The position numbers were made by a program, and so were the translations under genes. From contig OX597819.1 of NCBI GenBank assembly GCA_951406725.2, positions 57,598,001 to 57,662,000 on the forward strand: 64,000 nucleotides of DNA, read 5' to 3'. This document shows positions 12,648 through 26,255 of this stretch, piece after piece (the first letter of the stretch is position 1; the number at the start of each line of letters is the position of its first letter). This stretch comes from Octopus vulgaris. Taxonomy: Eukaryota. The notes under the pieces are model-generated. The model had not been told where the DNA came from. It did not search any database and worked only from the letters and a program-made list of their open reading frames with translations.

Positions 12648-14325
12648 TCTTGACCTTGGATCTACTGAAATAGAGAAAGAAAGAGAGATATTGGGTGAGC
12701 AATAAGGGAAGATAGCAATAGCTGATGGTAGAGAGGGTGGGGTAGATAGATGCAATGAGGAAGAAGAGAGAGAGAGAGAGGGAGAGAGAGAGAAGAAGGT
12801 TGAGAGGAAATGAGGGTCAGTAAACAAGTAGTGTTAGAGGTCTCCGTCTTTTTCTTCTTCTTCTTCCTCTTCTTCTACTTCTTCCTCCTCCTCCTCCTCT
12901 TCCTCCAATCAAGACTCACGCCATTAGCCACAAAGAATAATCTCTAATTCGAGCCTACCCTAAACTACTAGAATGCGTGTGGCAACTTGAAGATCCACCC
13001 ACCACTCGCGATAGACTGGCGGTTGCACGGACGCGAAAGCTACGTTGTTATCCTCATTCCGTAAACGGTGGCTTTTAATGGGTGGAGAGCTGAACCATCC
13101 TGGGGTACAGAGGATTCGCAATCAAGACTAGGGTTTGAAAGTTTACCACACCATAGTGGGTTACACCATGGTCCTTCTGCTTTGTGGCAGAAGTAGGAAG
13201 AAAGATTGAGAGAAAGTTGTGGGGAAAGAGTACAGCGGGGTTCACCCCCTACCCCAGCCGGAGCCTCGTGGAGCTTAGGTGTTTTTACTCAATAAGCACT
13301 CACGATGCCCGGTCTGGGAATCGAAACCGCGTTCTTATGACCGCGAGTCCGCTGCCCTAACTACTAGGCCATTGCACTTCCACACGGTCTCCGTTGCCCG
13401 GTTTACGCACCACCACTTGGCATTTTGGGAATCTTTAGCGGAAAACACTCTATTGCACGTACTGAGAACAGTGTCCCAGTGTGAACACACCATTCTCTTT
13501 CCCTCCTACAAGTCTTAGACGCCCTGCAGATAGTCATAGGTTTTGATATCCACCTGTTCTCATTTTCATAGCCCAGATCCTGCTCCCTTGATTGATTATC
13601 ATCGATATTTTTCCATAAATGATCGAAATGTCTATCACGTAACAGATAATCTCGTTCCTATCCTCCATATATTTCTTTATTACCCACAAGGGACTAAATA
13701 TATAGGGGACAAACAAGGACAGACATAGGTATTTAGTCGATTACATTGACCCCAGTGCGTAACCGGTACTTAATTTATCGACCCCGAAAGAATGAAAGGC
13801 AAAGTCGACCTCGGCGGAATTTGAACTCAGAACGTAACGGCAGACGAAATACGGCTACGCATTTCGCCCGGCGTGCTAACGTCATTGCCAGCTCGACGCC
13901 TCCATAGTTGTTGTGTCGACGCCCCCAGACGATTTAGTAGGCTAGCCCATTTGACCTTGGATGGTATGGCGGAGTTAACACATGCTTCGTCTACCAGTAA
14001 TTGGAGGTAGGCCTCTGACAAATCCAACTTGAAAAGAACTTCTCTACGAATTCTCTACCAATCACCAACACAAATTCCACGCAAACTGAGAACAATGGCC
14101 CAATGGTTAGGGCAGCGTACTCGCGGTCAGATCATCGCGGTTTCGATTCCCAGACCGGCGTGCTAACGTTTCTTATTTTTTTATTGCCCACAAGGGGCTA
14201 AACATCGAGGGGAAAGCGTGAGAGAGACGCCTTGTTTGAATGGTTTGTGGATGTTAGAAGATCGTTGCATGCGTGATAATTAGAGGCTCATTTCTTATTA
14301 AAGGCTGAGAAATTTTATGAGTGGA

Positions 14326-14714
14326 CTAGCAGTATCGCCCGGCGTTGCTCAGGTTTGTTTCGACCCTTTAGAATTAGAATTTTTGAAAATTAAAATGTTT
14401 GCATTATGTAGCTTGTTATTCTCTTTACGTGAACATTTTTTCTGGTTGAAATACACCGAAAAATGGCGATACAGCAGTCAAAAACTCGTAAAAAATAGGG
14501 ATTTTCATAGAAAAAAAGCACCTTTTTGAAGTTAATAATGTTTGATGTTAACATGGTCCGATTTGAATTTTGTCTTCCACGGAAAGAAGAGCAAGCCTTC
14601 TTCTATCATTCTCTCAATTTTGGTCAACTTGCGCCGCAGAGTCTCGAAGGAGATAGTGTTAGTTGAAGGCTACCAAACCTGCCATACACAGACAACTTCA
14701 GCTTTATATAGAGA
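14326..14714 (-). mobile_element. Non-autonomous Helitron-like element
   Basis: Minus strand 5' TC(TC)TATATAAAG; 3' CCTGAGCAACGCCGGGCGATACTGCTAG (hairpin plus CTAG). Shares termini with 19367-19761 and 39826-40493. Confidence 0.7.
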
Positions 14715-14719
14715 GAAAT

Positions 14720-16535
14720 TAATCCTCCTATTATCAAAGGAAATCAAATGCCCTTGCACCGGAATGAAAGTAGTGGACAAGCTACCTTATCAGTTAGAAA
14801 TCAAGATAAACGTCCGTCAAAGAAAACCACCATTTGTCGAGGGAATGTATCACAATGTTCAGCCAGGTTAGCAATGATACCGAAATAAAGCTTATCTCAG
14901 AGTCTGTATTTAAAGGAACTGGAAAAGACCACCACTACTGAATGCCCTGCCTACAATGAAACATCAACGGTCTCCTAAAGGTTCTTATAGATTAGAATAG
15001 CTGCTCTGTGCTATTGAAAACCTTTCAAACCGATTCAATATCTTTTCACACGCAAACTTTGCCATTTATGTGCTCAATGATTGCATGGTGCATTTGATGC
15101 CGGAGGTGAGAAACGCCCTCTGGAAAAGGAGGTGTGTGCTAGTCATCATCAGCGGTAGTATCACTGGATTTGTTCAGGTTAACAACACGTATTTGCACCA
15201 ACAACTGAGAGCAAAATATCGCGAAATAGAGAAAGCAAAGATACTAGAAAAGTTAGTTCAAACTCCGAATAAAATACCCACGCCCAATCGATCTGAGATG
15301 ATGTAGATGCTACATCGAGCATATGCAGATTATAAGATTGATGTTAAAGCTGCTTTCAAGTCAACGTGGGCCACAAAAGCTTTCGATGGCTCTGAAGGTT
15401 ATAAGGTATCAGACTGAATCATGCCCCTCGTCGGTCCGTTGATGCGAGGGTTTCGTCTTGAGATGATCTCAAAACCCTGACCAAATACTATTCAGAGAAT
15501 CATTAAGGACTTAATTCCACCGAAAGGGGTCAAGCGTGCAAAACAATATTGAAGGCTCAGGATATTTGATTTTGATGGCATTGAAGAAAAAGCTGCTGAA
15601 AGTGATTCGGAAGATGAAAGAGAGCCATCTGGGAATCTTTTGGAAGTGAGTGACCCATCTGGAGAAATCCCTATGGAAGTTTCGCATGAGCCAAAGCACG
15701 GCCGGCCAAACATGACAGGAAGCTCTGTCTCTCTTGTAGGAATCAACAGTGATGATCATGTTAGTAAAGATGCCCTGTTCCTTGAAAAAAGACAGGTGTT
15801 GGATGAAAACGAAACCTCTACACTTTTGTTGCCGTATCAAAGGAAACTCATGTCAACTGTCACTGAAGCTCGGCGATCCGTAAAGAAGCGAGTACCGAAA
15901 CGGAGAAACCTTCAGAAGGACAGTGATGAAAAATCATGAGTTTACTATTTTATACTTATTTTTGTGTTGTATTTTACTTTCTTTTTAAGACTTGTTGCTT
16001 GTATCAATATCTGGTTAGTCCACAGCATTAAATCCCATAATCATCATAATTAATAAATGTCTTATGTTTATTATCCAAATGTATATCTTAACTAAAGTGA
16101 ACGTTCGAAGTACACGTACGTGCTAATTTCACTTGGCTCTTGTTAATTTCTTTCCCTCGTTGTGTCGTTTTAAGTGCTTTAAGATGCATTTCTCCTAATT
16201 TTCGTACATACACCATCCAGTTAATGACTCCCACCAACCTTCGTTCATTCCAACCCACCTTCTTATATTATATTTTAAACAAATGTCTAACCCACCCGCT
16301 TATTCCAACCTCCTCCCTACGCCCCCATTATTTAGGACCCGAGAGTAAATAACTGGTTTTAAAAATTCATATGAGACAACCTAGAAAATTTTAAAATTAG
16401 TTACCACTATACAATTAACGATTTTCCAACTCCCCCACCCCGTTTATTCCAACCTACCCGCTTATATGAATTTAAGCAAATGTCCAACCCGCCAGCTTAT
16501 TCCAACCCCACTCCTATTATTTGGGACCCGAGAGC
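14720..16535 (+). pseudogene. Degenerate pogo-like (DDE_1) transposase with duplicated 3' terminal region
   Basis: LNDCMVHLMPEVR...VIISGSITGFVQVNNT resembles pogo DDE motifs. Two related terminal blocks (~16225-16347 and ~16425-16533) both end in GGACCCGAGAG. Confidence 0.55.
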
Positions 16536-18452
16536 GGTAGAATATAAGGAAACACGACTTACGTTTAGTAGAGATGCGGGTAACAACTGTATTTGAGAAG
16601 GTTAAGGATTTTCCACTGTTCTCCACAGTATCAGCTACTTTCAGAATTATCACTGAATGTCCAAAAATGTCTGAATAATTCACTGCAGCCGACAGTGTCT
16701 AATGACTGTTAATTTCTGTCGCTATCCGGACTGTCCCCTTCAGTCAATATCGCTCATTTAATGACAAGCTTTTGTTTGCAGTCATGCTTCACTGACCAAA
16801 CAAAAGATACTCGTATCTGAATTAACGGGTTTTTTGAAATAGTGTAGGAGTTGTCATTAAGGTTATCGATGAATTCAGCGATAGTCTTGTTTGTAGTTTG
16901 GATTTAAGGGTGTTATGGTTACGACAGTGATACGGCAATGATGATACTAATGGCGTTAATGTTGCAATGATGGATTTAGAGGCGGTGGTGAGGGTTACGT
17001 TGTGGTGGAGTGATTGTGGTATCAGCGTGTTGCTCGTGATGGTGATGTCGTAGGGAGGTAAAACTGGTGCTGGTTATGGCGGTGATTGTTGGAGTAGCAG
17101 TTGTTGTGGCGGTGTAGAGAGATATTAATGAATGATTTTGTCGCTGCGGATATAATCGACTTAATCCGTTTGTCTGTCCTTGTTTGTACTCTCTGTGTTT
17201 AGCTCCTTGTGGGTAGTAAAGAAATAGGTATTTCGTCTGCCGGTACGCCGAGGTCGACTTTGCCTTTCATCCTTTCGGGGTCGATAAATTAAGCACCAGT
17301 TACGCACTGGGGTCGATTTAATCGACTTAATACCTATACCTGTCCTTGTTTGCCCCCTCTGTATTTAGCCCCTTGTGGGTAGTAAAGAAATAGGTCGTCG
17401 ACAGACAGACTTCCGCCTATTTTATAATAAAAATATCAAGAAAATATTTTCAAGCATTTTAATTGCAGCAAATTTCAAGCCTTCTTCCAATAGTAGAAAG
17501 GAATACTTCATATACGATTTTTATTTACCCATCCTTATTAACATATCCCCTACAGTTACACAATAGTTTAAAATGAAATATTATGTGTGAATATATCGAG
17601 AGTGAAGTATCGTTTCTGGTTGGAACCTCCAGGTTTTCTGTCCTGAAATTGTCTGGCTAAGAGTTCATACGGTTAAAGGAACAATACCGGACACCTTGTA
17701 ACTATGTTATGGTACCAACCAGCATGTTACAGAGGGTGTTTAAGAACTCAAAGGTGCATAAAACGGCAGACCCACACAGTTGTGTACCCTACAATTTTTC
17801 CTGAAAATGGCTTTATTTCACATGGAATTTTCTACAAATACCTCTCAGACTTTGTACATTACGACATCGGAATATAATATGAAAAAGAAAAATTCGCAAA
17901 AGTCACACATATATACTGACACATGTAACAAATATATCCACAAAATGGAACTTGGAATTTGAGTAAAAATTTGGATGTATGTTAGTATATACATGTGCGC
18001 AACCTCTATTCTTTTCACATTAAATTCCGATATATTCGTAATGTGCGCTATCTGAGAGATTGGCACATGCATCACATGTGCGCGACATGGTGATCTCATA
18101 TCAAGATAAACAGCATATGACCTTGCAAGTGGGGGCCCAGTTAGAATGTTCTTCTGGTCGAGTAACCCATCCCGCTCAAAAGCTCCCTTAATAAGGGTTG
18201 TTTAAGGATGCTGAACGAACCAACCATGTTTCCAGAGGTGAATTATTCAAACCCCAAAAGAATCCCTCTCAACACATGGCTATGATGCTCCCCAACTACT
18301 TCTGCTCGTGATCAGAGATGCACATATCGTCGGCCACTAAGGGACATGCTCAACTGGTTATGGTCAAACAACAGACAAACAAATCTGTGGTATTGAGCAG
18401 AATATTTGCTGTAGCCCATACCGAGACAAAACAACGTACATGATAACACTTC

Positions 18453-19856
18453 TGTAGCAATATTGTTTACTTCATTGCTATCTTCAGTGTTTGAGAAAAA
18501 TATTAAGAATGATCTCGTTTGAGATTACAAACATCTTTGGCTAGTTTAACCGTGTTGTGTCCACTATTTTGATTGGTTAGCATCTAAGCGTGGTCTGTCT
18601 CTTTACTTACTTCGCGCCAATGTGTAAACTGACCAATCACGGATTTCGGATAGCAATTTTCATTTGAGCCATCTTAACTCTTTAAATAGGCTGATCACAT
18701 CACGATTCACGTCGTTTGGCTTAAGACCTTCTAAGGTCTTGGTCGGAGACCACACAACACAGAGCTTACTCAACCATGTTCCAGTTCGAAAGGCAGACGA
18801 CAGCCAAGCCAAACCTAATATGAATACGCTATTGTAAACTAAGCGACAGACATAACGTCATCACCAACATCGTCTCTATCTACGAAGATTCAACTTGTAC
18901 AGAAGATAAATACAGATTCAACTCATGCTGTTAGTGAGAAAATCTCACCACGGAAAGACAGTTGCAGTATATATATCTGAAAGAATATCTATATCAAGAG
19001 AAAAATATGCGCAACAAGTAACTTAACTAACTCGAATCTTGTATAGAACTCATTATCGTGTACTACATGAACTAGTGAGATAACTCTAAAGTAACTTCAT
19101 TTAAACTCAAAATGTTGAGACTTCTCTCATGCTCTGTTGTATTTGCATAAACCTTATTTCTGTACTTTTGTCGAACACACGAACACACAGACACAAATAT
19201 TAAAAGCATGCATTCATGACACAGCACTACGCTAATAATAACAAATCATTTTGTACACTGTGAAATAAATATATCTTCTCTTTATAAAAGTAGAACGGTT
19301 TTTGGCGTTCCTTTATACATTTACTTTGGCACTGTATATTAAACATGTATTATGGATTATATAACACTAGCAGTAACGCCCGGCGTTGCTCGGGTTTGTA
19401 AGGGAAATAACTATATAAGCATTTTTAGAGAGTTATAGCCAAAAAATAGCAAAAAAATGCATTAAAAATGGAAAAAAAATTATGGTAATTTTTTTAAATC
19501 GTTGACTCATCGTAAACATTTTTAGAGAGTTACTTCCCCTTATATAATAGCGAAAAAATGCATTAAAATGGAAAAAAATGATGGTAATTTTTTTTTAAAT
19601 CGTAGACTCATCGTAGACGCGCGCTAATACCCAGAAGGGCTCGATATGAATCACGACTATAAGATACCCGGTTTTGGTTAAACTGCACCGCAAAATGTGG
19701 GAGTAGTTTGGAATCTAAATCGTAGGAGACAGACACACAACCTTACTTTTATATATAAAGATTACGTTATGTTATGTTGGGATGCGGCCGGACGCTGCTG
19801 AACAAGAGGAGAAATATGTCACCGCAACTCCCTCTCGTGCGGTCGTATTCTAAACA
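18453..19856. mobile_element. Probable solo LTR (~1 kb once the nested Helitron is removed)
   Basis: Starts TGT and ends ACA; flanked by a 4-bp duplication CTTC (18449-18452 and 19857-19860) that interrupts a recognisable repeat; AATAAA at ~19264. Confidence 0.6.
19367..19761 (-). mobile_element. Non-autonomous Helitron-like element
   Basis: Minus strand A^TCTTTATATATAAAAG...CCCGAGCAACGCCGGGCGTTACTGCTAG^T; inserted between A and T with no TSD. Confidence 0.8.
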
Positions 19857-19962
19857 CTTCCAATCAGTTAAGATCAGAAGCCACGAGAGCCACTGCCTAG
19901 TACTGCATCAGGGCATTTACCTGGTACTGCATCAGGGCATCTGCCTGGTACTGCATCAGGGC

Positions 19963-20063
<101 letters not shown>

Positions 20064-20105
20064 GTGTTGTTGTTGTTGCTGTTGTTGTTGTTGTTGTTGC
20101 TGTTG

Positions 20106-20137
<32 letters not shown>

Positions 20138-20139
20138 CT

Positions 20140-20875
20140 ATGTTTGACTTTTGCTTTATATTTGTACAAGTTGGCTCCAAGTCTCACCCAGAGATCTCAA
20201 GAGACAACAGGTTGGAAGTTCATGTTGCTGTTATGCCTAGTGTGCCATATATTGGGGGGGGAGGGGAGTTTTTGGTGTTGTACTAATGAATGTCTAAAAA
20301 AAAAAATTTTTTTTTTTTTTTTAAACTGAAAATTATGTTTGTTTTAAACCTTGAGATTACATAGAAAGTATTTTGCGCAGGATATGAGCAGTTCCCATGA
20401 GCACTATCTTTTGAATTTCTGCCATTTTTGGGTTTCCTGGTATCTGAGTTAGGTAGCTATCAGCTCCTTTTGCTATCATTCCCAGGGCACCTATGACAAC
20501 AGGTATTGTTTTAGTCTTCAGGTTCCACATTTTGCTGATTTCTATTTCAAGATCTTTATATTTGCTCAGTTTTTGGTAGGTCTTGACAGATACGTTTATA
20601 TTGATTGGGATAGTCATATCAATGAGGAGGCATGTTCTTTGTTTGAAGTCTTTCAATATGATGTCTGGCATATTTGCATCTATCTTTCTGTCAGTTTGAA
20701 TGGTGAAGTTCCAGAGGAGTGAGATGTGGTCATTTTCAAGCACTGGGGGTGGTTTGTGTTCCCACCAGTTTTTTTTCATGGGGCAAATCCAGGTTTTTGC
20801 AGATTACCCAGTGAATATATTGTGCAGCTCTATCGTGTCTGTTGAGATACTCTGTAGGCGCTAGAAGACTGCACT
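20140..20875 (-). mobile_element. 5'-truncated 3' end of R4/Dong-like family A
   Basis: ORF 20357-20779 (PDIILKD...VSVKTYQKLSKYKDL...GTAHILRKILSM) is nearly identical to 10255-10935; (AAT)n on both sides. Confidence 0.9.
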
Positions 20876-20886
20876 TATTATTATTA

Positions 20887-20951
<65 letters not shown>

Positions 20952-20954
<3 letters not shown>

Positions 20955-21594
20955 TAGTTTTATTTTTATAGCGTGCTTTCACTTCACTGTGTGCCTTGGG
21001 TATGTGCTGTGATTTGTTGTGATGCTCTGATGGTTATTGTATGGAAAGTGTTCTACGTAGGATGTGTGCAGTGCCTAGTAGTGCAATTTTCTGTATGTTA
21101 TATGTGTTTGTAAGTCCTGATGTTTTTGTTATGTATTTGTCTGAATATTTTTTTTATCATGCCTAATGCACCTACTATGATAGGAATTGTTACTGTTTTC
21201 AGATTCCACATTCTAGTTACCTCTATTTCCAGGTCTTTGTATTTTGAGAGTTTCTCCATTTCTTTTAGAGACACGTTGTCATCTGCCGGTACTGATACAT
21301 CAATTAGAAAGCATTTTTTTCTTCATGGTCTCTGACAACTATATCTGGTCTGTTGGCCTTAATTTCTCTATCTGTGTGTATCGGCATATCCCAGAGTATG
21401 GTTGCTTTCTCGTTTTCTGTGACCTTTTCTGGTGTGTGCCTATACCATCTTTTTTCTGTTGTTATTCCATAATGTTGGCATAGCTTCCAATGTATGTAAG
21501 TTCCAACTCTGTCATGTCTGTGAATATATTCCTTCTTAGCCAGGACTGGGCAGCTAGAGATAATATGATTTATTGTTTCTTCTCCTTATTGTTT

Positions 21595-21689
<95 letters not shown>

Positions 21690-21811
21690 CATTATTATCA
21701 TTATTATTATCATTATTATTATTCAGTAGTTTTATTTTTATAGCGTGCTTTCACTTCACTACCGAGCGCAGCTCTGTGTGCCTTGGGTATGTGCTGTGAT
21801 TTGTTGTGATG

Positions 21812-21814
<3 letters not shown>
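20952..21814 (-). mobile_element. Two stacked 3' fragments of R4/Dong-like family B
   Basis: 20952-21590 (endonuclease region plus tail) and 21722-21814 (tail only), each bounded by (AAT)n; match 61752 onward. Confidence 0.8.
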
Positions 21815-21880
<66 letters not shown>

Positions 21881-21896
21881 GTTATTATTATTAAGT

Positions 21897-22137
21897 TTGT
21901 TGTGTTGCGTTCTTGAGCAAGACACATTATTTCACGTTGCTCCAGTTCACTCAGGTGCCAAGCTGCATCGGCCCATTTGCCTTTCCCTTGGATAACACTA
22001 GTGGCGTGGAGAGGGGAGGCTGGTATGCATGGGCGACTGCTGGTCTTTCATAAACAACCTTGCCCGGACCTGTGCCTGGGAAGGTAACTTTCTAAAAGTA
22101 ATCCCATGGTTTGTATCGTGACCGAAGGGGGTCTCAG
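21897..22137 (+). mobile_element. CORE-like SINE family 1, 5'-truncated
   Basis: Reverse complement of 870-1130. Confidence 0.75.
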
Positions 22138-22190
22138 AGTTAGACATATATATATATACCTATATATATATATGTATGCATATATACATG

Positions 22191-22240
<50 letters not shown>

Positions 22241-22482
22241 TATATACATATATATATACATATATATACACACATATATACACATATATATACACGTATA
22301 TATACATATACATTTATATATACATATCCATATACACATCTATAACTATACACACACTCACACACACACACACATATATATATATACACATATAAATATA
22401 TACATATACACATATACATACACATATATATATACAAATACATACACACATATATATATACATACACACACACATATACATA

Positions 22483-22777
22483 TAGCTGAAGGATTAAAAT
22501 TAATCAAAGGACATACCAACTATGTCGACCTGCTGGAAATAACAGTCAAAACTCTTATTTTAATCGCCAAAATATACTGATGATAACTACAGAAGTCAAC
22601 CGATGGCAAAACAGGCTAAGACAATCACCCAACATTTCGAGTATATATACTTGAATGTATGTTGGGAGATTATATCAGCCCGTTTTGCCTTGGCGATTTA
22701 AATAAGAGTTTTGACTGTTATTTCTAGCAGATAGCCATACTTAGTATGTCCTTTGATTAATTGTTATCCTTCAACTA
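22483..22777. repeat. ~295-bp imperfect foldback palindrome (MITE-like)
   Basis: Outer arms of ~85 bp (e.g. aaataacagtcaaaactcttatttt / taaataagagttttgactgttattt); inner arms ggcaaaac/gttttgcc and cccaacat/atgttggg; centre ttcgagtatatatacttgaa. Confidence 0.8.
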
Positions 22778-23019
22778 TTTAATGCTTTTTGGGGAGCCTA
22801 TATTATTGATTCTGTTATGATCTATTCTAAATTGCTACACTAGGTAGTCGTAAAACCAATATTATCTTATCAAATTACTTTTCCATGAATTATTTTTACG
22901 GTGAATTATTTGCTCCATACACACACACACACACATACATATATACATACATATACATACACACATAAAACACACATATATATACATACACATATATACA
23001 CACACACATATATATACAT

Positions 23020-23086
<67 letters not shown>

Positions 23087-23087
23087 C

Positions 23088-23190
<103 letters not shown>

Positions 23191-23470
23191 TATACATATA
23201 CAATGGTTGAAAAAACATACATCAGTATTGAGCAAGCAACTTTATATCATCCCCATATATACACACCGTTGAACATAAATAAATATTAAAATGCCAGGAC
23301 ATTCAGCACACAAAGCAATGGCGTAGGAATATACATATTTACATAGATATAAAACAAAACGTGTGAAAACCTGTAAAGATCGATGCGTTTGAAAGCGTAT
23401 GAAGAAAATCCATGGAGAAAATACATGAAACAAAATAGAAGATATTCAGAACCTTTTCGGTTTGAACGGT

Positions 23471-24075
23471 ACGTTCTGAGTTCAAATTCTGCCGAGGTCG
23501 ACTTAGCCCTTCATCTTTTCGGAGTCGATTAAATAAGTACCAGTTACGCACGGGGGTCGATATAATCGACTTAATCCGTTTGTCTGTCCTTGTTTGTCCT
23601 CTCTGTGTTTAGCCCCTTGTGGGTAGTAAAGAAATAGGTATTTCATCTGTCGCTACGTTCTGAGTTCAAATTCTGCCGAGGTCGACTTAGCCTTTCATCT
23701 TTTCGGAGTCGATTAAATAAGTACCAGTTACGCACTGGTGTCGATATAATCGACTTAATCCGTTTGTCTGTCCTTGTTTGTCCCCTCTATGTTTAGCCCC
23801 TTGTGGCTAGTAAAGAAATAGGTATTTCGTCTGTTGCTACGTTCTGAGTTCAAATTCTGCCGAGGTCGATTTGCCCTTCATCATTTCGGAGTCGATTAAA
23901 TAAATACCAGTTACGCACTGGGATCGATATAATCGACTTAATCCGTTTGTCTGTCCTTGTTTGTCTTCTCTGTGTTTAGCCCCTTGTGGGTAGTAAAGAA
24001 ATAGGTATTTCGTCTGCCGTTACGTTCTGAGTTCAAATTTTGCTGCGGTCGACTTTACCCTTCATCTTTTCGGAG
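23471..24075 (+). repeat. Tandem array of ~3.3 Meta/MESC SINE-derived units
   Basis: ~182-bp units joined at AAAGAAATA|GGTATTTC. Confidence 0.85.
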
Positions 24076-25162
24076 TCGACAAATTAAGCCCACTTGGGGC
24101 TCAATTTCTGATTGTTTTTGTCGTAAACTCAAATGTTTTTGATAGTGTTTTTTTTTGTTACTTGCACACACACACACACATATATATAGATATTTCTTTG
24201 AGTTGTTTATTTGCCAGCGGCCATGTTGGAGCACCACCTTGGAGAGGTCTTTAGTCGAACGAGTCGACCCCCAGATAATATCATTTTTAAGCCTACGACT
24301 TATTCTATCGGTCTCTTTTTGTCGAACCGTTATTTTACAAGGACATAAACACACCAACATCGGTTGTCATACGGTGATGGGACAAACGCAAAGACACACC
24401 TCTCTCTCTCTCTCTTATATACATTATGCCACCGGCTTCTTTGTTTCCGCTTGCTAAACCCGCTCACAAGGCCTTTTAGTCGGCCTACAGCTATAGTTGG
24501 AGACACTTGCCCAAAGTACCACGCAGTGAGACTGAACCCGGAAGCATGTGGTTGGGAAGCTAGCTTATTTGTTTATTGCCCACAAGGGGCTAAACATAGA
24601 ATGGACAAACCAGGACAGACAAACGGATTAAGTCGATTACATTGACCCAGTGTGTAACTGGTACTTAAATTATCGACCCCGACAGGATGAAAGGCAAAGT
24701 AAACCTCGGCGGAATTTGAACTCAGAACATTAGCGGCAAGCGAAATACCGCTAAGCATATCGCCCGGCGTGCTACCGTTTCAGCCAGCTCGTTGCCTTAC
24801 CACACAGCCATTGATTTCAAACTTTGGCAGAAGGTCAGTTTCGGAGAAGGCACCAAGTTGATTACATCGAGCCTGAATATTCTACTGGTACTCATTGTGT
24901 TGACCTGGGCGGAATTTGATTTCAGAACGTAAAGACGGACGAAATACCGCTAAACATTTTCCTGGTGTGATAACAATTCTGACACCTCGTCACCTTGAAT
25001 ACTTACTTGTATAATAATCAGTCCCTTTGTAAGCGAAGTCCAGATTCTCTTCATCGTTAATAATACAAGATAAAATGATGTTGGTAGCGTTCGTTCTTCG
25101 TGGATTTTTTTCCGTGTGTGTGTAATGGCCGTAGCCTAAAGATTGAAACAAAATATTAAATA

Positions 25163-25669
25163 CCGTAAATCCTCGAGTATAATCTGCATTTTTTCCCCAA
25201 AATTAAAAGGTCAAAATCCCTAGTGCGTACTATATACGAGGTTAGAAATGAAAAATATTTTCTAAGCAATGTCCGAGTCTCTATTTGCTGTTCGGCAATG
25301 TTTATTCAGACGCATTTTGTGATGTCGGGCGGGAAAATATCTTAAGCTAAGCCTGAAAGCAATGAAGTCATAAAAGAATCATCCATAACTTTCAGTAAGC
25401 AGCATTTATTAAACGTTATTACTGTTATTTCTTTATTTTCTGCAAACTAAATGCACAAAAACGCTACACGTTTGCATTATGTTATACAATATTAATAAAG
25501 GACGTTACCGTATACATTTTTACAAACCAAGGACGTTATATAGACCACTTGACTCAAATTAGAGAAGGGGTGCGTATTATACACAAGGTTTAGGTTTTTC
25601 AGAGGTACAGGCCCCTAAAAGTTCCCTGCGTATTATACTCAAGGGCGAACTATACTCGAGGATTTACGG
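25163..25669. mobile_element. Tc1/mariner-pogo-type MITE
   Basis: TIRs CCGTAAATCCTCGAGTATA / TATACTCGAGGATTTACGG flanked by TA; subterminal TGCGTA(C/T)TATA repeats. Confidence 0.85.
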
Positions 25670-25838
25670 TATGTATTTACCTTAACTGTCTATAATTTTG
25701 TGTTGTACTGCATTACAGAATTTCTGTAAATTTGTTTTTAACCACTGTAAAAGACTGATGCGAACTATTTGTCAGGGTACCTTAGCAAAACTGTTAATAT
25801 ATTTTAAAATTTATTATATTATTATATATACACCTCTG

Positions 25839-26255
25839 GGACCTTTTCGGTTTGAACGGCAGTTTTTAATATAATTTCTAGTTAACTAAAAAATTTTAAA
25901 CTTCGTATACTGGTAGAATGTGTTTCTAAAACATCTTTTTCTCTTGGCTTTATTGAGAAAATTCTATAGTTTGTAAGATATTTGTTGTTGTTTTTTCTCC
26001 AATTTCTGCAATTTCAACCAATCAAATATGTCTATTGAGGTAAAAATCATTCTGTGCCGTATGAATATGTACCTCGTTTAAGAAACAGATTGGGTTTATT
26101 TACATTTGTGAAGAAAAAAAGATACCCTTCCCCCCACCCCTAACCCTAAAAGAGATTGAAATGCAATAGATCAATACTAGGGTCATAATTATGGGTGACA
26201 ATTTCATATGACACCGCCAGAAAAAAAAAAACTACCGTTCAAACCGAAAAGATCC
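25839..26255. mobile_element. Merlin-like MITE
   Basis: TIRs GGACCTTTTCGGTTTGAACGG / CCGTTCAAACCGAAAAGATCC with an 8-bp TSD CACCTCTG. GG termini and an 8-bp TSD fit Merlin. Confidence 0.7.

Noticed and set aside
13975-14045. FKLDLSEAYLQLLVDE, Gypsy RT-like peptide on the minus strand
   Set aside because: Too short and isolated to delimit an element.
26137-26150. CCCTAACCCTAA telomere-like repeat
   Set aside because: Only two units, inside a MITE.
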